Assembly (NCBI RefSeq): GCF_033153115.1
Contig: NW_026889774.1
Span: forward strand, 19,282,001-19,346,000
DNA length: 64,000 nucleotides
Direction: 5' to 3'
Source of the DNA: Saccostrea echinata
Lineage: Eukaryota
In this document: positions 12,201 to 25,964 of the stretch, piece after piece
How the letters are laid out: each line of letters opens with the position of its first letter
How positions within the stretch are numbered: the stretch's first letter is position 1
Program-made: the position numbers and the translations under genes
The notes under the pieces: model-generated
What the model saw: only the letters and a program-made list of their open reading frames with translations
The model's database searches: none
What the model was told of the DNA's origin: nothing

Positions 12201-15200
12201 AATAAGTTTGCTAATTCTTACGTAGTTTTTCCTGCAGTTCTAGAACAGCTACTTCTAGGTCATGTTCCCTTGTGACCAGTTTCTCCCTTTCTTCTGTTAA
12301 TGAGGTGATCTATTAAATGAAACAAACAATTACAGACTTAAAATATATACTTATAAATATATTTATCTAAGATTATGCCATAATTTATTTTCAAATATCA
12401 ATCACTAAAAAATCTTTTTTTCACTTGAGCATTTGCAAAAGCAATGTTCAATTTTCTAAAATTTTCAAAAAAAACAAAAAAAACAAAAAAAAAAAACATT
12501 AAACAACACTGGATAAAAAGAAAATAGTCAAAGCACAGGTGCTTGTGAACAGAACCATTTTTTTCCTATGATATGAATGATGAATAAGTGTAAAAAACAT
12601 AATTTATGAAAAAAAGTTGAACAACCCTCTGGTTGTATATTCACTATATTGGAGGTGGGTGTCCTTTCTACAAGTACCTGTGAGTCAAAGTTCATAAATC
12701 TTTCCATCTAAGAAAAATGCAATAATCTGACAAAAGAGCTGGGAGATATGGTGTTGTAACTGGTCTATAACTGACTGATAGAGAAGTGACATTACCTGAC
12801 TAGTGAGCTGGGAGTTATGATGTTGTAACTGGTCTATAACTGACTGATAGAGAAGTAATATTACCTGATTAGTGAGCTGGGAGTTATGATGTTGTAACTG
12901 GTCTATAACTGACTGATAGAGAAGTGACATCACCAGACTAGTGAGCTGGGAGTTATGGTGTTGTAACTGGTCTATAACTGACTGATAGAGAAGTGACATC
13001 ACCAGACTAGTGAGCTGGGAGTTATGGTGTTGTAACTGGTGTATAACTGACTGATAGAGAAGTGACATTACCTGACCAGTGAGCTGGGGGTTATGGTGTT
13101 GTAACTGGTCTATAACCAACTGAGAGAGAAGTGACATTACCTGACTAGTAAGCTGGGAGTTATGGTGTTGTAACTGGTGTATAACTGACTGATAAAGTGA
13201 CATTACCTGACTAGTGAGCTGAGAGTTATGGTGTTGTAACTGGTCTATAACTGACTGATAGAGAAGTGACATTACCTGACCAGTGAGCTGGGAGTTATGG
13301 TGTTGTAACTGGTCTATAACTGACTGAGAGAGAAGTGACATTACCTGACTAGTAAGCTGGGAGTTATGGTGTTGTAACTGGTGTATAACTGACTGATAGA
13401 GAAGTGACATCATCAGACTAGTGAGCTGGGAGTTATGGTGTTGTAACTGGTCAATAACTGACTGATAGAGAAGTGATATTACCTGACTAGTGAGCTGGGA
13501 GTTATGGTGTTGTAACTGGTCTATAACTGACTGATAGAGAAGTGATATTACCTGATTAGTGAGCTGAGAGTAACGGTGTTGTATCTGGTTTATAACTGAT
13601 AGATAGAGAAGTGACATTATCTGACTAGTGAGCTGAGAGTTATGGTGTTGTAACTGGTCTATAACTGACTGATAGAAAAGTGACATCACCAGACTAGTGA
13701 GCTGGGAGATATGGTGTTGTAACTGGTCTATAACTGACTGATAGAAAAGTGACATCACCAGACTAGTGAGCTGGGAGTTATGGTGTTGTAACTGGTCTAT
13801 AACTGACTGATAGAGAAGTGACATCACCAGACTAGTGAGCTGGGAGTTATGGTGTTGTAACTGGTCTATAACTGACTGATAGAGAAGTGACATCACCAGA
13901 CTAGTGAGCTGAGAGTTATGGTGTTGTCTGGTCTATATCTGACTGATAGAGAAGTGATGTTATGGTGTTGTAACTGGTCTATAACTGACTGATAGAGAAG
14001 TGACATTACCTGACTAGTGAGCTGAGAGTTATGGTGTTGTAACTGGTCTATAACTGACTGATAATGCCTCTTGCTCTCCTCCTTTTCTGACACTAATCTG
14101 TTGTAGGTCTCCTGAATCTACAACAACAAAATTAATATGTACAATATAATCAATTTCAATCTGTTAAAGGTCATTATTATTCTCTCAATCTACCCAAGAG
14201 TAACAGCAGAGAGTTAAATAATACTTGTTTTATTTCAAACTTATCAGTGACAAAATATGTAAGAAAATGTGCTTCTATTTCAACTTTAATAAACAAATCT
14301 TTGAATGCATGTAAACAAATCAAGATTTGTTTGTGAAACACTATAAGGCTTGTTCCATGTTGTGAAGTCTTGTAAATACTTTACCTTATACTGAAATGAA
14401 TGCACAAAAATTTACTTCATTAGCATACCCTATTTTGAATTCTTCATTTTTCATATTACATGTTAGGACCAGAGTAAAAATCCTTGTCAACTGGAAGAAT
14501 GACAAGTCTCCTGGACTTCAGTATCAAAAAAAGTTACAGAGCTTCTACATCTTTCAGTAGACAAAAACATTTATAAAACACACCTCGGAGAGTTCCGCCC
14601 TGAGAGCCTCTGTTTCACGTCGCTGCTTCTCCATTGCCTGTAATGTCTGCTCCTTGTTATCACCCTGACTGGACGACTGCTGGACATACAGTTCTGCCAT
14701 CTCCACCTTTGACCTTAGGTCTCTGACACTCTCCTCTAGCTGACTACACTCCAATTTCTGAAGTTAATTTTGAGATTTTATTTTAACTTTTTTTCAGAGA
14801 AAAAAAATATTCATGTATATATACATTCACAATGTCATATTGAATGTAAATTAAATCATTTTTTTTAATGTAGAATATTCTACTAGGTATAATACACAAT
14901 GACCATGGTAATACATGTACATGCAAGCCTACAATATTACCTTGCTCTGAAGTTCTCCTCCCAGCTCTTCTACCTGCTGATGTAAATCCTCCTGGGTTTT
15001 ACTACAAAACACAAAAAATAAATTACAAGCAACCCAATAAATTCACATTTCATGTTCTCTTTTTTTATTCATTTTTGGGTTTTGGCAAAAAGTGTAAGTT
15101 TTAATTCTAACATGAACAGAAACTTCAAGTATGTGCACATCCCCCTTCAAGGAGCAAATGATCCTTGAAATCATCAGTGGCATAAATTGGACCTATCAAA

Positions 15201-18200
15201 ATTGTACATTATTCATGAAGAATGAGATTTTAGCAACTTTTTTTTAAATAAATATATTGTTCATGTCTGTGATATGATGTAATAGAATGTTTTTACAATT
15301 TCCCTGTATAATTACAAAGAAGTGGCATCAACAAAACAAAAGAAATTTTATAATACCTCTATTTACCTGTACAACTACTTGTAAACATAACTTTATGTAT
15401 TTTTAACTGTAAAATGCTATACCTTGATAGACGAAGATCCATCTTCAGTCTGTCAACTTCTCTTGCAAACTCTTTACTGCTCTACAACAAAATTACAACA
15501 AACTTACATGTAGATGATAAAATGCTATTTGAATAAACTTGATATGTTTTCAATGGAAACAAGTACAAAACTTGTATTAAACTACACAGAACTTGTTTTA
15601 TGCATTCAGTCCTAGTTCTTTGATTAAGATTCTGCTTTTTCCATCAATGCTGAAAAATGTTATGCTGACATACATGTACCTTCACTTTAAAGATTAAAAA
15701 AAGCTCACTTTTTCAAACTGCTGAGCAGAGTTGTTGGTTGTGGCAAGACTTCTTTCTAGGTCACCAACTCTCTGTCTGGATGTTTTCAACCGAGAACTGA
15801 TGTCCTCAATTTCAGCTAGAAGTAAATCATAATCCATAATACTTCATTACATACATTGTAACATGGCAATCACAAATCTTTTAAAAAATCATACCACGTA
15901 TTCACTTTCTTAATCATATTTTTGAATTGCCAACACAGATTTACGTACATACAGTATAAACTTGGAACTTTTTCCATTCAGACATTTTGCATGTTGACAG
16001 AAAAAGTTGGCACTAAATTTATCATTAAGAAGTGTGACTTACAAAGCCTCTGTGCTGCTATCTTTTGTGACTGGCTCAGCTGTGATTGCAGTTCCGTCTT
16101 CTCAGCCACTAAAATACCAATAGTTTGTATGTGTACCTGAAAAATAATCACCTGTATTATGTAAATGTACAATAATATATGATAAATGACGATGTAAGAA
16201 TTATCTTGCCAAATTCACCTTTAATCCGTCAAAGTCAGCTCTGCAAGAATACATTTTTGAGCGATATCTATATATGCTGTCTAAATGCCATAACAACTTT
16301 TTAAACATAATCTTAAGAACAGGATTTCAACAGCATCCATTTAAGTACAACTCCCTTGAAGCAACCACATGCATCAATCAGTGAACCACTGGCTTTTCAT
16401 GACAATGAACTATACCTAGTAAGCATCAATAATTGTTTTTAACTTTCCCGTTGTATCTAAAATCTCCTGAAATATCAGATATAAATCCAAAAGAATGTAA
16501 AAACCTGATTAAATATTCTTTGTGTAACCAAACAAAAAAAAACCTGAATCGTAAAATAAAATGTGCAGATGGGAAGTGAAGGACTGGTAGTAAATGATGG
16601 AGGATATACACTACCTGAACATCTGACTGAATTGCCTAAAAAAAGATAATTCATGCAGTAACACTTACAACAAAACATTTAAATATTCCTAAATTAGATC
16701 ATATTCTCCATAATCCAATCTAAATTCCCTACTCGTTGCAATCATGCCCTTATTTCTGATTTAGTGTAAGAATAAATAGTGCACCTTTAGACTTCCTTAT
16801 TGCTTTGCCCTGGGAGAAATTTGGACATACCTGTAGTTGTTCTCTAAGTGGCCCAATTTCTTTTTTCTGTTTTTCTGTGGAGCTCTCCATTTCTTGGTCC
16901 AGCTGAGATTGCAATGACTGTGCATGTTCTCTCTACAATAAAGCAGGATTCAATCATGCATTAAATATCAGCTACATTGTATACAGCAAAAAGCATTCAC
17001 AGATTTAAACTAGGCAACTTTCAGCCGACAAATTACACCCTCAATNNNNNNNNNNNNNNNNNNNNNNNNNNNNNNNNNNNNNNNNNNNNNNNNNNNNNNN
17101 NNNNNNNNNNNNNNNNNNNNNNNNNNNNNNNNNNNNNNNNNNNNNNNNNNNNNNNNNNNNNNNNNNNNNNNNNNNNNNNNNNNNNNNNNNNNNNTCAACA
17201 AAAAAAATTTCTTTTTAAGCCCCCGTTCACACATAGACGCCGCTTCTACTACGATCAAAGCGTGGCCGATCATGACAAATCGCAGGAGAAACGTAGCGCA
17301 GTATGATCGCGGTAGGGTCTTCATGATTGGAGAGCTCTACGGTCTCGCCACGCTTATTTTGAACATGCTCAAAACAAGTCTAGCGGGATCGTGGCCAACA
17401 AGAATTGGGGTAAAGTTGTAAAAAGAGCGTAGTAGAAGCGCCGTAATCGTACAAGCAGCGCGGAAGCATCGTGGAGAGATCTCTGTGATCTTTGTGATCG
17501 TAGTAAAAGCGCAGTACAGTCGGGAACTTATCAAGTACCCTCCTACAACGCTCCCACTATGTTCTTACTACATTCCCACCATCAAGTAAATCATACTAGA
17601 AGCGTAACACAATCGTCATATGATCGGCACCACCGTAGCGATATCGTTGTACAGTCATCTAGGTCTGAATGTCGTAGTGGCAACGTAGCGTAAACGCAGT
17701 AAACGCGGCCGCTGGTCGGCAACGGTCTGCGTAACAGCGTAGCAGAAGCGTGTTAGCAATGCGGTTGACGAAGGGGCCTTGTAGTACGGTCGTAATGAAG
17801 ACCATAATTTGCCAAATCGCTCGATTTAGATGCCGATCGGCTCCGATCCGCCCCGATCCAAAACTTTTTCAGATCCTGGCTTGATCGGGATGATCGTTGT
17901 AAAGTCGCAGCTCTGTGTGAACGGGGGATTAATATTGATTTTTTCACACAGTTGAAACTTTTAAGTTAGCTCTTGTATTTCTATGACAAATAAAATGCAA
18001 GTTCATTGATAAAGGTTTCTGAGGTATACAAATATTAAATCGTACAAACTAAATAGAACAGTTTAATTAGATACTGACTGCCTGATGGACCTGTTTTTGT
18101 AGCTTATGGTTTTCTTCTATTTGTTTCTGCAGTTGACTTGCCAATTCTTTGTTCCTTGTCTGAAAGAAGAGAATCCTTTTTTAAACATATAGTAAATATA

Positions 18201-21200
18201 TATCTTTTTCTTTTTGAGGAATTAATTATTGTATAACTACATTTATTCTTTGAGAAACTAATTTTGCAACTACCTCCATATAACTTGCATCAGAATTTTC
18301 TTCCTCTTCCACAGCTTGTGGCTAAAATATGAATAAAATATCATAAAATATGTTGTTGTTCATGTTTCTTAGGGGCATCTTCATTAAGACATAACATGTA
18401 TTCATGAGTTAAAAAAAATTCCACTTTATGATACATTTTTTTTTCAATTTCAACATTTACATTTGTTGGAAATCCATAGTTAGGAATGCTGATGAACATT
18501 TTACTTCCAATTGTGTGTATGAATATGATTTCATTCTATTCTAAAATAAATACTAGTATATTGACAAATTATTTGTTCAAATAAAAGTCTTTCTGAACTT
18601 CAAAACTTTGCAATTCAAGACGTGACTTACCTCTGATATGAGGCCATTTAATTGTCTGGATAGCTGATGAAGACTCTCTGTAGATCCTGTTGTTCTGTAA
18701 GAATATCCAGATTCAGAGCTAAATGAATGATAATACTAGATTCCATCAACATAATTCAAGTATGATAAAGTCTTATTGGTAAATAATGATATGACTACGC
18801 AGACATTAATTTACCTCAAATCTGCATCAAGTTCTGTGGGAGATGAATGGCTGTTTTGGTCTTTCACCTACAATAAAAACATATATGTTTTTATGTCAAA
18901 TACTTGAATACATGCATACATACTGTTTTTTTTTAAATGATATCCAAATGTGAATTTCTACAGGAAATATACTGAAACTTCTGAAAAAACAATACTCTTT
19001 TTTCCAGATTGTATATATATTTTTTTTCACACTGAACAGAAGAAACCATGACTAAAACTAGTCCTGGGGACTATATAATTTGTTTTATACGTATAAAGAA
19101 ATGTTAAAGTATATATAGCCAATTTGCAATATATATTTTACTTTCTTATGACTTCTACGTTAATAAAAAATATGTTAAAGGAAGTATCAAATACAATTCA
19201 TTATATCAGAGTCTGAACACTATAGCCTTAAAATTTTACAAGGAATTGCTTAGGATTTACTGGGGACTCCAGAAAAATTTGCTATATTCGTAAATTTGCT
19301 ACGGTTAGGGGATAAGAGACAACTTGAGAAAACACCATTGGATTGCATGGGCTATGCAAGAATTAGCCCAATGTCAAAGACAGATTAATTTGTAAATTAT
19401 TTAATAATTTAAATCAGGATTGTTTTTTTAATCTGAAAGTAGAAAAAAAAAAAACATAGCTGACGAAGAAAGCCAAAAAAAAAAAACAAAAAAAAAACAA
19501 GACTGCTGATTTTATCAGAATAAATTCAACTTACTTTGTACCAAAACCTGAAATGTTATATGAGAAATGGGCTTGGAAACAACAAAGTATGGAGATAGTT
19601 TCTTTGAATAATTTTGTGTTCTAACTTTAGCAGTTGACACCCTGAGGGTCAATGTTTCTAAGCCAGATAATAGTTTTAAACGATTTATATATGACACTTA
19701 AGTTTAATTTTAGGTATAATCAGTTTTCACTTGATCATGTTGATAGATTATTTTCCAAATAAAGAAAATGCCCTCTACATTTATCCCCCATCCCCACCCC
19801 CATCCCCATCCTCCTCTTGAAGAAATATTTTTATACACAAATAACAATCCAGGCTGGAAAAAAATCAATACCTCCAAATTATACTAATTCTTGGGCATGT
19901 GACAGCTAGATTCACACCTATTACTTCTTTTGATTTAGCTTAAACTATCTAAATTCTTGATTAAAAAATCTGAATGTAAATACATATTTTTATTTTTTTT
20001 CAATGTCTGTCCTTTCAGTGTGTTAATTGTGTTTTTATTCTTTTAAAAAATGAATTGAACACATTTATGAATTTATCTTTTAATTACTTGTATAAATAAA
20101 GATTTCAGTATTTAATGATAATTACAGTACATAAAGTAAATGTTTATAATTTCAAAGAGGTTAAAAAGTGCCCTTTTGAAAACTTGTCACAGCATAAAGT
20201 GCCCTTTCAATTCTTTGATTACCATGCCCGTTTTAGGGTCTAGATTTAACACTAACCTCACTGGGCTGTTCTTGCATCTCATGAGTGTCATTTCCTGCAC
20301 TTTCTGAGGCTTCTGGTATTTTTTGTTTCTTGACATCTTTATTTTGGACTGTTGATGACTTTGCTGAATTGTTGTTGGAAGACTGCTTGAATTTCTTGAG
20401 CTGTAAAATTAATCAATCTTATCTTATATACCTGGTAAAATTCTGCATGAATAAAATTCTACATTTTCAGGTCGGGCACAATCTCTTGATTTAGCTATAT
20501 AGCTTGATTTAGCTATATAGCTTTATTAAGCTATTCAGAATAGCTTGATTTAGCTATTTTATCACACTTTTTTCTTAAATGTGTTATTTTCTCAGCATGC
20601 ACAAAAAGTCGCACCTTGGTGCAGTGATAATATTCAACCTTGAACTCTTCTGAAAATAATGCACATAAAAATCACTCATCAAATTGCGTCTCCTTAAGAG
20701 ACTTTGTACTCAAAGTTCTAAAAGTTTTGGGGCTATATAAAGCAATTGATACAGTTACTTCTGCAATGAAATTATAAAGGAGGCCAATTATGGTCAACAA
20801 GATAATTGATTGGTAATAATTCAGTACAATGAGAAGCAATCATACTTATCCACGCCTCAACGCACACAAGGTAGTGTACAGTTACTCAAACAATGGAAAT
20901 ACATCTTTTACTTAAAAGTATTCAAATGCTGCAATGTTAAAACTTTCTTTGATGTTGGTTGTTGTTTTGATAGTCCATAGTACATATATGAAAAGCCAAA
21001 TACTTGCGACTTTTTGTCTTTTTCTGGCAAAAAACATTTTTCTGAAAAACTGCACATAAATAGCTTTATCAAGCTATTTTGAATAGCTTAATAAAGCTAT
21101 ATAGCTATCTCAGGCTATATAGCTAAATCAAGAGATTGTGCTGGACCTGATTTTGACAGTGTTTTCGGGATATGTGTGAAAAATACACCAGATGATGGTA

Positions 21201-21523
21201 TATTCTTTTCAAGATATAATCCAAGAAAAAAAAAAAGAAAAATTGTTTGCCAGTGGTTTAAATAATCATAGAGTTATAACAGGGACAATTTCATATTTGC
21301 ATAATATAGTATCAAGATATATGATCCCTGTGGTATGTATTATTATCAACAATAAGATTTAGTAATGATAACCTAATTCTTTACTGTTAGCCATGATGCA
21401 CAGTTTACTTGAAACATTGATAATTCAAACATTAGTTTTTATTTTTAACATAAAAGACCCTAACAGTCGCAGTACCTTTTTTCTGGCGGCAGCTATCTTC
21501 TCTTTCTTCGAGTTCCCATCCAT
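6212..21523 (-). CDS. GOLGA2: Golgin subfamily A member 2 (GM130), about 25 coding exons from 21523-21476 to 6513-6212
   Basis: N-terminus MDGNSKKEKIAAARKKLKKF; motifs [86 protein letters not shown]; C-terminus PCKYCKGQVYVV*. GT-AG junctions are phase-consistent; the exon 6 donor is ambiguous (18079-18091). Confidence 0.9.
7424..7493 (-). repeat. In-frame 33-bp tandem duplication in a GOLGA2 exon (NHYHEQSLTGG/NHYHEPSLTGS)
   Basis: Two adjacent 33-nt units at 7424-7456 and 7457-7489. Confidence 0.8.
12727..14063 (-). repeat. 69-bp tandem array (about 19 units) made from the last 54 nt of a GOLGA2 exon plus the first 15 nt of its intron
   Basis: Unit TATCAGTCAGTTATAGACCAGTTACAACACCATAACTCCCAGCTCACTAGTCAG|GTAATGTCACTTCTC. 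The first copy is the real exon end (14117-14010). Confidence 0.95.
16219..16635 (-). other. Three candidate alternative micro-exons in a GOLGA2 intron: 16635-16615 (21 nt), 16466-16416 (51 nt), 16240-16219 (22 nt)
   Basis: Each has a pyrimidine-rich acceptor (ttttttag, atttcag, ttcttgcag) and an AG|GT donor. A TGCATG lies at 16657-16652, just upstream of the first. Confidence 0.55.
17046..17194. other. Assembly gap (149 N)
   Basis: Run of N. Confidence 1.
17219..17928. mobile_element. Non-autonomous DNA transposon/MITE (Harbinger-like or TTAA-specific) in a GOLGA2 intron
   Basis: Terminal inverted repeats CCCCCGTTCACACA / TGTGTGAACGGGGG, TTAA on both sides, GC/CpG-rich interior, no transposase ORF. 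Confidence 0.8.
20468..21149. mobile_element. MITE with about 90-bp terminal inverted repeats and 5-bp TSD ATTTT
   Basis: CAGGTCGGGCACAATCTCTTGATTTAGCTATATAGC versus GCTATATAGCTAAATCAAGAGATTGTGCTGGACCTG; ATTTT at 20463-20467 and 21150-21154. Confidence 0.85.
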
Positions 21524-24500
21524 GTTGACGTCAAAAATGTCAGATGTAAGATAATTTGTGCAAAAAATGTTTCGTAATCTAGAAAGTTAATGATAAGCTC
21601 AGAATTTTTGTTGTAAATTATCTAACTTAGTATCTTAAAAGTACTGCTAATGTCTTAAATTAATTCATTGATAAAATTGATGCCTAAGGGAAAATATAAG
21701 ACGAATAATTCTTCAAACTGCGGTATAATCATGATCGACTTAATGACACGTATTACGAAACTGGTACTCAGATTTGAAAACCAGTTTCAAAATCTACGAA
21801 GGAACGAGGGGGAAATAAACTTGTAACGCATATGAGTTCATTTCAAAGGCTTATATGAGTACGTTTAGAGATATCATATGGAAACAAAAGCGCTACAGAG
21901 AGACAGAATGACAGACAGATCCAACTGTTAATACCCCCGTTTTCACAAAAGCAAGGAAAGGGGGGGGGGTGCGATTAAAAAAAGGTAAAACAAGGCCATC
22001 ATTAAAAATATCTTTGTTTCCCCTAACCCGACCCTAAAATGTCAAGTTGAGTAGGTAGGTAGGTAAATTATTTTTTTTTTATGACAGCAGTTTTGAAAAT
22101 ACATTCTGAAAATTGAATAATTTATCTATAAATAAGAAAGAACAAAAGAAACCTATTTTAAACCTAATATCATACAAATGAAATTTAAAAGCAACATGTA
22201 TGGTAAATTAATTCACAAATATTATTCATTTGAACTTGTGAAATATCTCAGGCCAGCGTAAATTTATTGAAATTGAATTTTTACAAAAACAAAAACAAAA
22301 AACAAAAAAAAAAACAAAAAAAAAAAAACAAAAAAAAAAAAAACAAAAACGTAGGCCCATGCAGTGTCACAGTATACATGTAGATGTTGGCACGATAAAG
22401 ATCCCTTACTGATGCTTTATGATCAATGGCCATACGTGCCGAGAAAAAGTCTAAATTAGGAGCCCTCCACCAGGCAGGTGTTCAAATGTTGTCGACCCAG
22501 CAATTTTTAAAGGTATTTTAAAGCAAAGAACCTATTTAAACAAAAGAAAAATACACTGGACGTCTCAGGAAGCCGTACCATAAGCCAACTTTAAAGATTT
22601 TAACACTATTTGAAAAGAGAGTACCTGTATAGACAATATTTAATTCAACCAACCATATCTAAAATGATTAAAGTTATATCTAATGTTATAGTTACGAGGT
22701 TTACCCCATAAATAAAAGGAATGAAGAAACGACATCCGAATTATATTTATCAAGATGAAATAATTATACAAAGATATATTTACAAATCCTATGGTCTTAT
22801 ATAGTAAAAGTAGAATCATACATGAAGTGGTTTTTTAGATCGAAACGAATGAAATGCAGTGAAATTTATTGATATGCATACACAAAGTGGGCCCTCATCT
22901 GCTCATGAGGCAGGCTTTGTCATGCTTACTACGTACGTTAATTTTAGAAGACACATTTGTAAATGCCATGTTAACACTCCTTAGTCATGGTATATTTAAT
23001 TTACGAAATGTTTCAAGAGTTTAGGATTCTAATAAGTTAAAGATGTATATCAAGATTGATACATCGCCGTTGTTTTATAACACTAAATAACCCTCTGTGG
23101 CAACATGTTGTGGGCGCCAAATGAGAGTAAAACAAAAGCCGCCATTCTGATAAAAAACGAATTTTGATGAAATTGTATTGGTTTGAAATGGAACATTTTA
23201 CTTTGTGGTTGATATCTCTGGAAGTACGTACTTGTACTTACTTTTACAAAATACCCTATGAATTAAAAAAAGACCCCTATCAATTTTGAGGTCAAAAGGT
23301 CAAAGATCAAAGTAACAAATGAGAACTGACAACTCATTCTTTCTTAAAAAGACTCTTATTGATTAAAAGTCAACGCTGAAAGGTTAAGGTCACAATTCAT
23401 TTATGGTACAAAAATCTTCGATGAAAAAAGAAACAAATTGAAAACTTCCCAGTAAGAATGCAAAAATTTAAAATTAAAGTGTGTCGAATCATTTTAATTC
23501 TACTGAGATTTTTTTTTTTTAGTTTTCTTGATTAAAGTACTTGGAAATAAAGAATGATAACTTATAACAACTTTCTTTCTCACTGATTAGTCAATACTTT
23601 GCTAATTTAACTTTTTTATGATTTTTTTTTCCGAACCGGAGGATACCTTTTTCAAAGAATCAAGGGACGAAAAACAAAGATATAATTTGCCACGGCCTGA
23701 GTATATTGACCAGATGAATGTTTTATTGATAGATTCCAGGCTTCCCTTCTCTCTCTCTACCAGTCTGACTCTTTGTATAGGATTTTATTTCTTTAATCAT
23801 TTTAATTTTTTTAACTATTAAGCTTCGCTTGTCACAATATATCAAAATGGGCTACAGACTTTTTGAGCATGACCCTTGAAACACTTTTCTCTATTGATTA
23901 TCTCTTGTCTTGAATCGAAAAAGACATGGCCTTGACATTTAGCATGTGCAGGCCTTTATCATTATTTGTTGAAGTTTATGAATAAAATACAAGGATTTCC
24001 ACTCAAAACCTTGATCTTTTTTTTAACTTAATATTCACATCGATTGTTCTCAATATACTCTTAATCGATTGAACACCGAGAATAGCGAGAGACAGAACTT
24101 TGCTATTTAACTTTGTTTCCGGGAAACTCTTGAATTTTAGTGATTTTAAAAGTATAATTAAATCTTATAATTAGCATTCATAGACCCTGTGTAGTTACAC
24201 CCCTTTCTTCTAGTCAAACTTGTTTCCTCGTCATTGAGCTGTGATTTGAGCCAATCCACTTATATTTCTTGTATATTTAAGGCCCCCTTTTTTTCTTTCA
24301 TCAGATCACACACATCCTCTTTCATCACCCCCCCCCCTTTTCATCGTGCGTCATGACTGATCTTGACACAATGCATGTCTTCTCATTTTTGTAGTAATTA
24401 ATTGATTTTCAAATAATTTTAAGGAATATTAGCCCCCCCCCCCCCCAATGCACAATTTTTGAGTCAGAATGACTTTCCTGTGCAAATGAAGAAGACAAGG

Positions 24501-25964
24501 AAAATAATACAGTCACATAAATTATTCAGTATCTTTATATTTCAGAAATAAAATTGTGAAACTTTCGGATAAAAAAAGGTAAAATTGTAATGAGTATCAT
24601 TTTAGTCACACATAATCATATTTTTAATACTTACTTTCATCTTAATTATGATATCTTATAAATGTATAACATTCAAACTAAGCTGCTTTCTGATATACAT
24701 TTTTACAATTAGCTGCACAACTCAAGAGAGAGAGAAAATTGGACGACAGATCATAGAGCTACACATGCAATTTATGCGCCACTTTTGGACTTGTATTCCT
24801 GAAGCGGCTTATCTCAAGTATTTTATGCCAAAAATTCTTAAAACATTTCACTGCTAATGTTTCAACTTTATATATATTCCCCCAAAATTCTTCAAATCAG
24901 CAACGGAAGAGAAAGTGCATTTAATTCTTGTCGATCCACGATCGCCATTTTCCCATGTAAACAAAATCATTCTTCTTCATGCACTTTCCGAGTTCAAAGA
25001 ATTTCTGATACAACTAAATCGACATCTTTAGAAGGTTATTGTCAAGAATTTTTTGGTATCAAAACTGATGGCAGATCTATGTTAGGAAAATAGATGATTA
25101 AGGAAATCATTTCTCCAATGAAATTGATTGCTTGAAAAGTAAAATCCATGTAATGCTGCTTTTGCAAGAGTGCCAAATGTTGTACATGTATTTTATCCAT
25201 TTACCAATTCAATTTTCAAGGTATTGTAATAGGCTCATTTTTTATCATGGCAGTTTTTCCTTTATATGTATACATATGTAACCCAATATTTGGAAATTTT
25301 AGGGGGGGGGGGGCACCCTCCGGATCCACGCCCCCTCTAAATCCGCCAGTGAATGCCACCGACTTCACAAGATTCATCGATAATTCAAGAGAAACCGAGA
25401 CGGCAAAATTTTAAAACACGAGTGCAAATCCCTAAGACCAAGCAACCTTTACACATACAATAACATGTAGTGAACTAGTGTATGCTTGTGATCAGAGCCT
25501 CTCCCTTTTTAAGTATAGCTTTCAATGGACTGAATGGAGACATGATAATAGCGCAAAATTCCCACAACTTTAAATTTTATCAAAAAGTATCTTGCGATTC
25601 CCAGCACAACTATGCCATCAATTTGATTTCTAGAGAATAAGTTGCACAGTTACCAATAATCATCAGTGGTCAATTAAATTAGTTGTTTAAAGGTAAGAAT
25701 AACGGTGGTGAAGAGAAATAAATGTGAATGTCGGTGAAAATTTGGTTCGACTCTGTTTACAATTATATATTGCGAACACTCAAAAAAGTATGCTGGATAT
25801 TAAAAACCTTCGTATGATTCTTATTCCCCTTTATTCAGATAGGATCTCTCGAATATACCTCGATATAATTTCGCTTGAGAAATTTCTTTGATGAACTCTT
25901 TTTTACAATGTATTTTTTATGAAAACAAACAAAAACGACTTTTTTTGCAGATACATAACAATAA

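Noticed and set aside
12685-13896. 403-aa ORF as a stand-alone repeat protein, or the array as a CRISPR
   Set aside because: It stays open because the unit is 69 nt and exon-derived. It has no independent start context and no unique spacers, and the DNA is eukaryotic.
16977-17324. ORFs of 104-109 aa
   Set aside because: They span the N gap and a MITE.
22370-22480. tRNA gene here or at about 58830-58930
   Set aside because: No cloverleaf can be built; at most degraded SINE-like pieces.
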